Source: Octopus sinensis
Taxonomy: Eukaryota
Reading direction: 5' to 3'
Length of the DNA: 64,000 nt
NCBI RefSeq assembly: GCF_006345805.1
Contig: NC_042997.1
Location: 136,338,001-136,402,000 of the forward strand
Of this stretch, positions 51,981-64,000 are shown in pieces; positions within the stretch are counted from its first letter, which is position 1, and every line of letters begins with the position of its first letter. Made by a program: the position numbers and the translations under genes. A model generated the notes under the pieces. That model had not been told where the DNA came from and made no database searches. It worked only from the letters and a program-made list of their open reading frames with translations.

Positions 51981-52392
51981 CTGAAGGCGGCGAGCTGGCA
52001 GAAACGTTAGCACGCCGAGTGAAGTGCTTAGCGGTATTTCGTCTGCAGCTACGTTCTGATTTCAAATTCCGCCGAGGTCGACTTTGCCTTTCTTCCTTTC
52101 GGGGTCGATTAAATAAGTACCACTTACGTACTGGGGTCGATATAATCGACTTAATCCGTTTGTCTGTCTTCTCTGTGTTTAGCCTCTTGTGGGTAGTAAA
52201 GGAATAGGTATTTCGTCTGCCGCTACGTTCTGAGTTCAAATTCCGCCGAGGTCGACTTTGCCTTTCATCGTTACAGGGTTGATTAAATAAGTACCAGTTA
52301 CGGACTGTGGTCGATATAATTGACTTAATCCGTTTGTCCGTCCTGGTTTGTCCCCTCTGTGTGTAGCCCCTTGTGGGCGGTAAAGAAATACG
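51981..52392 (+). mobile_element. SINE family B, partial tandem dimer, tail type 1 (Tx1-like), inserted in a GATA tract
   Basis: Unit 1 gaaggcggcgagctggcag..gtagtaaaggaata; unit 2 restarts internally at ggtatttcgtctgccgc (~52209) and ends taaagaaatac|gatagatag. Confidence 0.85.
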
Positions 52393-52404
52393 ATAGATAG
52401 ACAG

Positions 52405-52590
52405 ACAGATAGACATGCCAGCTGGGCATGAATCATTCCTTCTTTCTGCACAAGATGTCAGTCTATCGCAGAGTTGTCCATTTATAGGCGAGTGAACTAA
52501 GACAACGTGGATTGAAGTGTTTTGCTCAAGAACAGAACGCATCAGCGCTCTGGAAATCGAAACTACGATCTTAAGACAATGAGTGCAACA
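52405..52590 (-). mobile_element. SINE family C
   Basis: aagtgttttgctcaagaacagaacgc..ggaaatcgaaact motif. Confidence 0.6.
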
Positions 52591-52613
52591 CTCTATGTAT
52601 GGGTGCAATACCC

Positions 52614-52703
<90 letters not shown>

Positions 52704-52714
52704 GTTCAAAATTT

Positions 52715-52860
52715 ATAGAAAAAGAAAAACGAACACAGGTGTAGGAACAACAAGCAAGTGTAGTAGTTTGACGCTCGAGAAAAATAGAAAAGTATTTTAT
52801 GTTTCGAGCTTACGCTCTTCGGCGGAAAGGAACAAGAGGAAATAAATAGAGAAGGTAAAA
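52715..52860 (-). mobile_element. Penelope-like terminal-repeat fragment with degenerate hammerhead-like motif (52795-52829)
   Basis: Minus strand: cttt-CCGCCGA-agagc(gtaa)gctc-GAAA-ca-TA-aaa. Confidence 0.45.
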
Positions 52861-53411
52861 AACATCTTGAGTTCAGTGGTCCAACATGTCGATTGATTGG
52901 GAAAAAAGAGGTTGAATGAAAGGGAAATATTGATAAAGAGAAGTTGAATGAAGGGGAGATAATCCATGGTGATCCCAACAAGAGGAGGTGCGCAAGCGTG
53001 TGTGTGCATGTGAGAATGGTATGTGTGAGTGTGTTAGTGTGTATATGTGAATGGGGGTGAATGAGTCTGAAGTGTGTGTGTGCATGTGTAACGTGTATGT
53101 GTGTGTGTTGTGTGTAGAAGTTGATGTGAGAGAGAGAGTGTGTGTGGTGTGTGTGTGTGTGTGTGTGTATGGAATGATCCAAAAGATTTTGGTGCATGTA
53201 GTGACTTAGCACTAATCGTGTAGATGACATAAATCAGATGATACTCAGTCAAAAAAGTTTATTAATCAACGTATATTCCACACTTCGTTCCATATCGAAT
53301 TGCAAAACTGTGACTTATATGGCTGTAATCATTTTACTGAAATTTCCATCAAAGTCTATATAGGAAGAAGTGTATGTGTATGCGTGTATATATGTGTGCG
53401 TATGCATGTGT

Positions 53412-53445
<34 letters not shown>

Positions 53446-54496
53446 TGTGTGTGTGTGTGTGTGTGTGTGTGTTCCTTATGGATTCGAAAACTGAGTTATC
53501 CGATTTTGACGTATGATGCATCAAAAGATTCTGTAATCTTTCGGCTACCAAATAAAGTATGTTTTTTTTATTTTGCGCAACTCTTGTTTACCCTAAAAAT
53601 GACCTCGCAAATGAGGTCGGGTCGCACAATTTTGAGGTCGTTAGCGAGTAAAGGCAACTCTTCCTGAACAATTTTTGTCATACATACAGCATAATCAGAA
53701 AATGTTTAAAATATATGTAATTTTACGAGGGAATAAAACTTCGAAGATATACCGTCAACTTTATTAGTAGTATTTAGTAAATAATCTTTTAATGTGAAGT
53801 ATGTTTGTCTGTATTTTGTTTAACCCAGAGTTGTCTCTGGCGTAGCAGACGCATCGCAATGTTTTTATTTTTTATTTTTTCTTCCTGAAATACTGTAAAT
53901 CTGTCTTTCTTTTGTTGAGAGGATGTGTTTTAAGAGAGATTTAGCTGCTATTTGCTGTAGCTCAGTTACCACAGACAGACCTGTGTGTGTGTTTGCGTAT
54001 GTGTGTGTGTGTTTGTGTAGATGTAGATGTGTGTAATATTTTATCAGGGCTTCACAATAATTTCTTTAAATCACTTAATATTTTTCTTTCTACATATCCA
54101 GTAGTCTTCCACCATGCATCTAAACAACTCTGATAGAATATTTCAGAGGATTGGCAAGCTGAGCCTTGCGGGATTTTAGGAGTATATCAGAAATGCCACC
54201 TGATGCTGGAGCCAAGTATGCATCAAGACAGTTGATATCAATCGACTTTTTTGATTATATCTAATGGGTTCTAGGAAACTTTGCCGCAAACATTTTTGCC
54301 GCAGGGAAACTCGCCTCAGGATTTTTGGGCGCATAGGAAATTTTGCCGCAAGACAAAAGATGAATTGCTCTCCTTGGTATAAAATTGTTTCAACCAATAA
54401 GGAGTGAAGTAATTTCTAAACTTATTTAAAATTTCTTCATTCATTCGATAATATTTTTTGCGTATGAAAAATGTTTGTGGCAAACTTTCCGAATAC

Positions 54497-54770
<274 letters not shown>

Positions 54771-54899
54771 GTACTTATAGTTATGTATATATTTAACATG
54801 TCTTTCTTCAGAGTCAAATATTAGAAAATAAGCATAAATTTATCTAAAAGCATATGAAACTTTTAAAATTGACCAAAAGTAATTTAAAATATATGCAAA

Positions 54900-56237
54900 T
54901 TCCAAGCAATGCTTCGCAAATAATGTGCATTCGGCGTCAAACTTTCGTCGATATCAATACATATTTTCTTCATTAGGACTGCATATCCATGATCTAAATC
55001 ACATTTTTTCTTTTTCGATAATGCACTTCCTTTTTCAAATACGTAATATGTTTCCACAAATTTGGGTGCATGTTAGTAATGGAGCTTTGCATTACACTGT
55101 TGAAGCCTTCTACGCTGTTGCTTGTTCTCATCATATTATTCTGAGTTCTTTCGAAAACATTCCACAATTCAATGGGAAAAGTTGATTTCATTCTTCTTCG
55201 CTTGCCTTGACCTCGTTCTCTTCCTATATAGTGAGTTTCAAAATATGATACAAATTCTTGGGGCAAATTATCATCATCAGTCATTTCAAGAAAACCATCA
55301 ATAACATCACTCACTGGAAGAAATGCTAATGCTGTGAAGCATTTGATTTTGTTGTTAAATTCTGCGTCTGTTTGATAGCGCGGCTTTAAACCTATATCCA
55401 CAATGTGGCGACAGATATTTTTAGCCATATGAAATAAACAACCTGTTATATTTGTTGTTGGTAATATCTCACAGAAAGCATTGATAATTGCTTTCCCGAA
55501 ATCAACCATTAAGGTATCGGGCTCTAATGATGGGTGTAAGTCCTTCAAAGCGCTAAAAAGCCTTCTGTACGTTACTTGTGATTTACTAAGTAGCAAAACA
55601 AAAAGACGTGGTATACTAATATTTTGTATGACAATATGTAACGTGAACAACTGATAATATATATCTGATCTGCATTTAAAAGTACCATCACAAGCCCTAT
55701 CCTTATTATGCTTAAGGTCATCTAATTCTTTCCGGATTATCTTCACCACTATCGTATCATAAAAACTTCTCACCATTTTCAAGAAATCAGAAATCTATAT
55801 TCTTCAGGTATTATATACCGACTTCTTCTGGTTGAGATCGGGGGAGCTTGGCTTTTCTTTTGCCTCCAGCCTCTAATGTTGCGAGACAAAAGCGATGACG
55901 TCGGCATCAGTGACAATGCATTTTCATTTAAACCAGATGGAATTTCTTCAATTAACGACCGTGCAGAAGTTTGTGAAATAGTGGCTAGTGATTTCAATTT
56001 CATTTTTGCAATGCAAACTTTTGGTTTTTAAGGATGAGAAGGATGGCAATGCTCACCAAATGTTTTACATATAGATAAATTATCATTTTCTAGCACGGTA
56101 TACATTCTTGCTTTACATTCTCTATTTTCACATTTCCAATGTGTTTTTTCACCGTATTTTCTATCTGTCCTATAAACAAAGTTAAGATCATCAAGTAATT
56201 TCACACCACCTCTGCTAGTTCCCACTTGATAGACCAT
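54900..56237 (-). pseudogene. FLYWCH-type zinc finger plus MULE DDE transposase, disrupted
   Basis: SRGGVKLLD..FVY..THWKC..CKAR..HCH (56028-56237); CDGTFK, VDF.KA, GCLFHM, ELWNVF..RTSNSVEGF (54994-55782); frameshifts at ~56010 and ~55780. Confidence 0.85.
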
Positions 56238-57079
56238 TGTAATGGGTCGGCTACACTAAAAAAATATTGTTTAATGAATGAAGAATTTTTAAATGAGTTA
56301 AGAAATTACTTTACCTCTTCTTATTGGTTGAAACAATTATATACCAATAGGAACAATTCATCTTTTGTCTTGCAGCAAAATTGTCTTGCGGCAAAATTTC
56401 CTATGCGGCGAACTTTCTTACGGCCAAAAATCCTGAGGCGAATTTTCCTGCGGCAAAAATGTTTGCAGCAAACTTTCCGGAAACGGTAAAGCTAATGTGT
56501 TAAGATGCTGTTAGAAATTGTCTTATAGACTATATCTGTGTGTCCAATACTTTGCTCCGCTGCGAAAATATGCTTTCTAATCTCTCTTTGCACAAATTAC
56601 AAAGCAGTTAAGGATCATCTCTATACGAACAATCTTGACAGTAAAATGGGCGGATTTGAAACTAGAAACTCACATAACGGCAGAGTCTTTCTTCCTCTTA
56701 ACCAGCGAATCTTCTTTCTTTGATCGTTCTTCTTCATGGTATCTTGAATGAGTTATGCTTCAATATTCTTTTCTACTTTTACTCGTGTGAAAACTATATA
56801 ATTGAGATCATTAGTGTTATTCACGTTTTGAAAATACGTCTATTTACAAAATTGTTCAAATGCAGATGTAATTTGGTGCGCGATTGTTTTTGGTAGTTGG
56901 TACATTATCTTATATTTCTTCATCTCCAATAGATTTGTGAGCTTGTAGCATCCAATAGGTGTCCCTATTTGAAGAATTAAGCTTAAACAGTGTTGAATCT
57001 GTTCTATTAGTCTTTGTGCGCCTTCTAAATGCCTCTCATTAAAAGCTTTGCATTTTCAGCCATTTTCTTTCCCTTCTCC

Positions 57080-57300
57080 CACCCTCTCTCTCTCTCTCTT
57101 TCTCTCTCTCTCTTTCTCTCTCCTCTCTTTCTCTCTCTCTCTTTCTCTCTCTCTCTTTCTCTCTCTCTCTTCTCTTCTCTTTCTCTCTCTCTTCCTCCCT
57201 CCCTCTCTCTCTTTTCTTTCTCTCTTTCTCTTTCTATCTCTCTCTCACTCTCTCCATATGTCTATCTCCCTCTCTCTTACACATACTTTCCTCTGCTTCA
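57080..57300. repeat. (CT)n-rich microsatellite
   Basis: Directly visible. Confidence 0.9.
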
Positions 57301-57599
57301 TTAACTCTTTCTCTCTTCCTCTAGAATTAGTTGTATGATATTTTAGTACACGCTTTGATTAATGCACAGCTGCTGCTGATTATGATATAACGGTTGGTTT
57401 TAATTTAAACAGGAAGACAAATTCTATTGGTGCGTGTTTTAATTGCTATCACGGCCAAATGTAGTTGGGTACAAATGATGTTTCCATCTATAATGCCACC
57501 GGAAAATATAACTTGCCGCCTACACACATTTCGATCTGGTTTACAAGAAGAGCCACTGCAATTAAATTGACCTCATCGTTTCTGCAGAGCTTCTAGATT

Positions 57600-57637
<38 letters not shown>

Positions 57638-58062
57638 GGAGAGAGAGAGAGGGAGAGAGAGAGAGGGAGAGAGAGAGACCTCGTCGGTAATGTTAAAACC
57701 ATGTGGTGGTTCGTATTCCCAACAAAAGGTCACTTTGCATGGAAAATAACAAATGAACCAATTGGTTTCCAAGACCAATTGTCAAGGAGACCTAAGTAGG
57801 CGAAGGTTGCTATCCCTACTACAGAAGGGTACCGAGGGACCAAGAATTTAAAACCTCAATTGGATAGCATAAAATCGATAACAGATGATAGTTCTTTAGA
57901 GTGCAGTAATTCAAAACAGATCAACAAATATGTATGAAAGTATATCATCAAGAGATCGAACACTGCAATCTTTGCTCAGGCGGAGCAACACAGCTGTCGT
58001 TAGATTACACAATTCCAGAAAGATCAAGCAAAGACATTTCACCAATAGAAATAAGGCTTTGT

Positions 58063-58280
58063 AAAGGCGGCAAGCTGGCAGAAACGTTAGCACGCCGAGC
58101 GAAATGCTTAGCGGTATTTTGTCTGCCGTTACTGAGTTCAAATTCCGCCTTTCGTCCTTTCGGGGTCGATATATTAAGTACCAGTTACGCACTGGCATCG
58201 ATATAATTGACTTAATCCATTTGTCTGTCTTTGTTTGTCCCTTCTATGTTTAGCCCCTTGTGGGCAATAAAGAAATTATA
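58063..58280 (+). mobile_element. SINE family B, tail type 1 (Tx1-like)
   Basis: aaggcggcaagctggcagaaacgttagc..tttagccccttgtgggcaataaagaaat. Confidence 0.85.
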
Positions 58281-58569
58281 AATGAGGCTTTGTGGCATTA
58301 ATTTTTTCTTCCTGTTCGTGAAGATGTTCCAGTATTCAACAACTAGCTGTCCATTGTAATAAACTGTACCAGTGTAATAGCTTTGTAGAACATTGCTGTA
58401 CCATCGGGTTCCGTCCTACTACACATAGATTATACATAGAACATCAAGCAATAGAGATAAAAATGCAAGATGTCCTCATTGATAGTCAAGTTGTCATAAG
58501 TTTTGATTGTGAATTTGGAAGAGAATATACTCCATATGTAAGTTTGTGTGAATGCTTCCACCTGCAACT

Positions 58570-59300
58570 TCTTAATACCTGAAGAACCAACTGCAATGGC
58601 TACGTTTATATGTTGTTGGACTATTGCAAGCAGTAGACTGAACAGAAGTGTCTTTCCAGTTCCACCATATACAACGAGGAAGCAAATTCCAGCTTACGTT
58701 ATTAAATTCATTACCGGACCTAGTAAAAAGAAGTAGAACAAACCTTCACTCCTGGTCTGGATTAAATGTGGATTCATTGCCATTAATAGATGTCATTATT
58801 AATATGAATATTAAATGATACAACTTTCAAAACTTTTGTTATTAGATTACTGAACTCTGTGTGGATTGAGGGAAATAGTATTTTAATAAAGTTCTCGACC
58901 ATTGTCGATTAAGACTATATTGTGCTTGTCGATTAAGGCTGTATTGTCGATTATAAGTGAATATCCATTTTCCATGAAGGGGCACATCTGTTCAGCTTAA
59001 TTCTTGAAATATTTGACAACGTCATCACAATTGTTGAGCCAGAGCTGAATTAGATTAGATGGTGCACAGCATATTAACAACATAGCGAAACCGCTCCTAT
59101 ACGAAACTCTTGGCTGCTTAAGATATAGTAGCTTCTGACTGTATTGCCTCTCCCCCGGCCACATTCTTCAGTAATTCACAGCATGTATTTCTAAAGTTGG
59201 TGCAAATTTTATCATTGACTGTTTGAAGATCTTGAAATGAACTGCCTGTACATTCAGTTTTCAAATTTCTCTCTATCTTAGCGCCTGTTTGAAGACAAAC
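58570..59300 (-). mobile_element. Degenerate Helitron RepHel remnant (linker plus helicase motif I)
   Basis: Minus-strand translation: GSSFQDLQTVNDKICTNFRNTC; FAMLLICCAPSNLIQLW; FLVVYGGTGKTLLFSLLLAIVQQHINVAIAVGSSGI (matching GGTGKTFL..AVASSGIA). Confidence 0.75.
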
Positions 59301-59339
59301 CGGATATGTTCTAAAAAAAGTATCAAATTATTTATTGTC

Positions 59340-59433
59340 TGGGATGTTACGGAGACGTAAACACATCAACACCTGTTGTCAAGTGATGATGGAGTACAAA
59401 CACAGACACACACACATAAATAAATATATACGA
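59340..59433 (-). mobile_element. SINE family A fragment abutting the mariner remnant
   Basis: gttacggagacgtaaacacatcaac..cgacgagcttct matches the family A body in reverse. Confidence 0.65.
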
Positions 59434-59984
59434 CGAGCTTCTTCCCGAATCACTTTTTGGTTAGCTGAAAGCAGTTTGGGCACAAACTTTGCAGATGCGC
59501 TTCTCATACCCACAGTTTCAGTGATAATGGGCTGAACTGAACCGTAACTAATCTTCACATCCTTTGATAACTCACGGATGGTGATTCGACGATTTCCCCT
59601 CACAGCTGCACGCACATCTGCGATGTTTTTCTCAGTTCTGCTGGTTGTGGGTCTCCCAGCACGTTCATCAGTATCGACATTTTTTCGGTCATCTTGGAAA
59701 CATCTGAACCTTTTGTACACTTGTGTGCAGCTCACACACTTTCTACAACTTTGTGTAGGCCTCTGAGCAGGTATCGCCATGACAGCTTTCTCTGTCATGG
59801 TCAATGCGACGATCACACAATACACACCTTCATTTCAGGGCACTGTTGTAAACAGCGGAAGTGAGGGAGAACGTTGGGACTTAGTGCGTGTGCACAGTAG
59901 AGTTCAAGCCAAGCGGCTTCACGCTGCGTGTTTTAGCTTTGTTACTATGGTAACAGTCCGGATAATAATTGATCAGGCTTCGTA
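59434..59984 (-). mobile_element. Mariner 5' fragment (TIR plus transposase HTH region)
   Basis: TIR-like TA.cgaagcctgatcaattattatccggactg (59954-59984); YKRF..DDERAGRPTTSRTEKNI..RRITIRELS..ISYGSVQ..GMRSASAKFVPKLLS. Confidence 0.85.
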
Positions 59985-60319
59985 TTTACATTTCTAGAAT
60001 ACCAAAGCACCGAGTGTCATGAATACGTATACCAAAGGATATCCATAATTATTCAAACCGACCTTTTGAATAATAAGAGATACACAGGTAGACAATCAGA
60101 CAATCAGACAGACAGATAGACAGACAGACAGACGGATGGACGGACAGGCAGACAGACAGACAGACAGATAGACAGACAGACAGACTGATAGACAGATAGA
60201 TAGATAGACAGATAGATAGATAGACGCAAACATACATACATGCACACATATATGTACACACAGATATGTGTATGTATATATGCGTGTGTCGCGTGTGTAT
60301 GTATGTATTTATGTATGTA

Positions 60320-60540
60320 TTCTTTTATTGTTTTATTTGTTTTAGCCAGTTGACTGCAGCCAAGCTAGAGCATCGCCTTTATTCTATGTAAGCCTAGAAT
60401 TTATTCTATCGGTCTCTTTTACCGAGCCACTAAGTTACGGGGACGTAAACACACCAATATCAGTTGTCAAGCGATGTTGGGAGGACAAACACAGACACAC
60501 AAACATATATGCACACAGATACACACACACACACACACAC

Positions 60541-60587
<47 letters not shown>

Positions 60588-60748
60588 GACGGGCTTCTTT
60601 TCAATTTCCGTCAACCAAATCCACTCACAAGGCTTTGGTCGGCCCAAGGCCATAGAAGACACTTGCCCAAGGTGCCACGCACTGGTACTGAACTCGGAAC
60701 CATGTGGTTAGTGAGCAAGTTACTTACCACACAGCTACTCCTGCGCCT
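60320..60748 (-). mobile_element. SINE family A, full length
   Basis: Same architecture as the copy at 32325. Confidence 0.85.
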
Positions 60749-60767
60749 ATGTATGTGTGCGCATATA

Positions 60768-60824
<57 letters not shown>

Positions 60825-60856
60825 GAAGGTATTTGTGTGCATAGGTTGCGGAGTGA

Positions 60857-61052
<196 letters not shown>

Positions 61053-61539
61053 GTACCAGAATACTAAAGTACTGAGTGTCATGAATATGTATATAAAATG
61101 ATATCCTTAGTTATCCAAAATGCTCCGGTTTTGCCTCAAGAGAATTCTATGCTAGTAAAGACAAAACACGTTGTCAATTGCCTTCAAATAAAGAGATCAT
61201 ATTTTGCTTTTACATAAGAACGTGAATTCAATCTTCAATTTATTCTTAATTTCTTTAAATATTTTCCCCCTTCTCATTCAGCGGGTTTTTATGTTTGTTT
61301 CTTTTTCCTTCTCTGTCCATGCAAGACATTTTAATAGATTATCAATTTATTTTGTACAGCAATCAGCACATTTCATACCGGCTGATATTCAAATACAAGC
61401 CACTGATCGCTTTGAGTAACAGGACGTCAGTCTAACTTTGACATTTTGCATAAAAGAAAAACACAATAACTCTATTCAGACTTAAAAGCATTTAAAAAAT
61501 AACAGAAAATAAGAATTATATTATCGATATGAGATAACA

Positions 61540-61975
61540 GTTTATTCAGATTAACCACTCTTAATTTCCACCACTTCAAGACGGCACTAGAACCCGGTGC
61601 ATGCATTCTTCAAAGTGTTCCTGGCAAGATCTTCGAATTGGCCACTAGCTTAGCTTTTATGTTGCAGGCAGAACGTTTGAAGTATTTTTCAACCGCACAC
61701 CACAAACGGTATTCTATGGGATACAATCGCAACTCTCCGACAACTACTTCTTACTCTTTCCGGTGGCATGGCCAGGAGCCGATTATCCTGCTTTCACATA
61801 TCTGGCCTTCCAAGAACTATCCTCTCCAGCCAGGGATTGACCACGGCCTCCAGCATCTTGGCATATCCGTCTGAATTCAGCCTAAGGCCCTGTTCAATAA
61901 TGTGGGGTGGCATGGCATTACCCTCACTGGATACACACCTAAAATCCATCACAGTTTAGGTGAACATGGTTTCCA
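61540..61975 (-). mobile_element. Tc1/mariner-superfamily (maT-like) transposase C-terminal remnant
   Basis: Minus-strand translation: VM..CVSSEGNAMPPHIIEQGLRLNSDGYAKMLEAVVNPWLERI..SAPGHATGKSKK*LSE..AVEK, matching DDE catalytic-domain motifs (VMVFGCVS, QDSAPCH). Confidence 0.75.
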
Positions 61976-62363
61976 TATCTATGTCACGTCCTGCAACCTT
62001 CACGCTGTTCATAGAGAACTAAGCTGCAGTCATGACGTCTGGATTTTGACACCCGAAGCGAATGATCTCTTCCAATATTCGGCTGGTTTCCATATAAGCT
62101 AACTTTTTTCTCAACTACAGCTTTTATTTTCATGCTCTCCAATGCTGTTAACTGTTTATCAATATATCGAGCTATTCCTGAAAAAAAAGAGACATAAAAT
62201 ATCATCAAATTTAGCACAATACCATGTATTTTGTCTTAGCTCCTCCAAGTTTTAAATTACACACACACACGCATGTAAAGAGAGAGGGGGAGAAATGGTA
62301 TGCAAATTAATAGCTCCAGTTTTCTGAAGCTATTGCTTTTGTAGTTTTTGTTTTATTTCCCAG

Positions 62364-62448
62364 GGATTTGTCAAGTGATCAAGACACATCTGATGAGAAT
62401 CCAATGACATTCGAAAATTCATCATCTTTTCAATCCAGGAAGAAATAG
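62364..62448 (+). CDS. Candidate terminal coding exon (DLSSDQDTSDENPMTFENSSSFQSRKK*)
   Basis: Strong acceptor gtttttgttttatttcccag; the phase-2 frame is open to TAG at 62446-62448. No homology recognised. Confidence 0.3.
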
Positions 62449-62486
62449 TTAAATTTGCCGTGTTTGGATTACATCCACTCACACAC

Positions 62487-62527
<41 letters not shown>

Positions 62528-62564
62528 CGAATGACATGCTACTCTTTCTCATGATTATATATAC

Positions 62565-62746
62565 ATAGGCGCAGAAGTAGCTGTGTGGTAAGTAGCTTGC
62601 TTACCAACCACGTGGTTCCAGGTTCGGTCCCACTGCGTGGCACCTTGGGCAAGTGTTTTCTACTATAGCCTCGAGCTGACAAAAACCTTGTGAGTAGATT
62701 TGGTAGACGGAAACTGAAAGAAGCCCGTCGTATATATGTATATATA

Positions 62747-62825
<79 letters not shown>

Positions 62826-63065
62826 ATATATATATGTACGTGTAGGTATATGTTTGTGTGTCTTTGTTTGTCCCCCAACATCGCCTGACAGCCGATGCTG
62901 ATGTGTTTACGTTCCCATAACTTAGCTGTTCGGCAAAAAGTGACCGATAGGATAAGTACTAGGCTAACAAAGGATAAGTCCTGGGATCGATTTGCTCGAA
63001 TAAAGGCGCTGCTCCAGCATGGCCACAGTCAAATGACTGAAACAAATAAAGAGAGAGAGAAAAGA
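62565..63065 (+). mobile_element. SINE family A, full length with expanded internal (TA)n
   Basis: ggcgcagaagtagctgtgtggtaag..ggttcggtccc..aaatgactgaaacaaataaa. Confidence 0.85.
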
Positions 63066-64000
63066 GTATACATGCATTCATGCATGCATAACACGAATAC
63101 GTTATTAACTGATAATATGTATAATACGTTTTTCCATGATTTATACTATGTATATATACACAAATATATATATATATATATTATATATATATATATATTA
63201 TATATATATATATATATATAAGAGAGAGAAATACGATGAACGAATATTCTTCTTTGCATCGTAATGTCAAAAGTCACAGTTAGACATGGTGATTAATGAG
63301 AAAAATAAAGTCTAACTTGGCATTCTGGATTCACTGAAGAGATGAAGTGGATGCTTCAAGATTGGTAAATCATATATCATACGTAGTATATATAGAGTAT
63401 ATAGCTGGCGTTAGGTCTAAATACATTCGGAATCTAGATCACAAATATGATAAGTGACTGTCATATAAAAACCGACATTTTGTGTAAGTTGTGAGAAGTT
63501 ATAGTTTCTCAAGATGAAGAGTTATGTGTGTTTTCAGAAAAATGTGGACAGGCAAAATAGAAAACAATTAGAAAAAGCTTTTGCGCAATCTAATTCCCTG
63601 TTCAGCAAAACTTAAAAATCGGAAAATCGTTTTCAAAAGTAAAAATCAAAAGGATAAAAGTTACAGAAGTTAATGAATTTCGCATTTTGAAAAAAAAAAC
63701 ACTTATTTATTTAGGAGAATTCAGGGAAACCAAATTAGATTTTTACTACAGTATTCAATATTCACCTGCCATACTGGACAGTGATATACCATATATTTTC
63801 ACTCTTTAGCAACGGAGATTATTCCTACAAGCGAAAAAAATTTAACTAGTGACTTTGCATTCTATAATATTGATATATAGGTTTTTACGTGTTTGTATCT
63901 GTTTGTGAGTTCAAATGATATATATCTATATATATAAAACTCTAGTTGTGTGAGTGTCTGTCCCCTTCGATTTAGATTCCTAACTCCTCCCACATTTTGC

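Overview
AT-rich, microsatellite-dense animal genomic DNA. The SINE families and repeat make-up look like octopus/coleoid cephalopod; this is my recognition, not a database result. No complete host gene is visible; four candidate + strand exons hint at a large-intron gene crossing the window. The dominant feature is an ~18 kb head-to-tail array of three full-length Tx1-like (L1-group, APE+RT) non-LTR retrotransposons on the - strand (33694-39556, 39634-45514, 45610-51864). Each sits in a (GATA)n tract with its 3' end in the same repeat register and has no poly(A) tail, which suggests a (GATA)n-targeting retroelement system. The three copies are mosaics that swap 5' modules. They share a covarying 3'UTR hairpin, and their last ~44 nt resemble the tail of a local SINE family, a candidate SINE-LINE partnership. 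Also present: six Penelope-type minimal hammerhead-ribozyme-like motifs (two with a compensatory U3-A8 core), a TIR-bounded FLYWCH-MULE transposon, three Helitron remnants, R4/Dong-like, RTE and Penelope RT remnants, mariner/Tc1 remnants and many tRNA-derived SINEs. Most ORFs in the supplied track are microsatellite or antisense artefacts.
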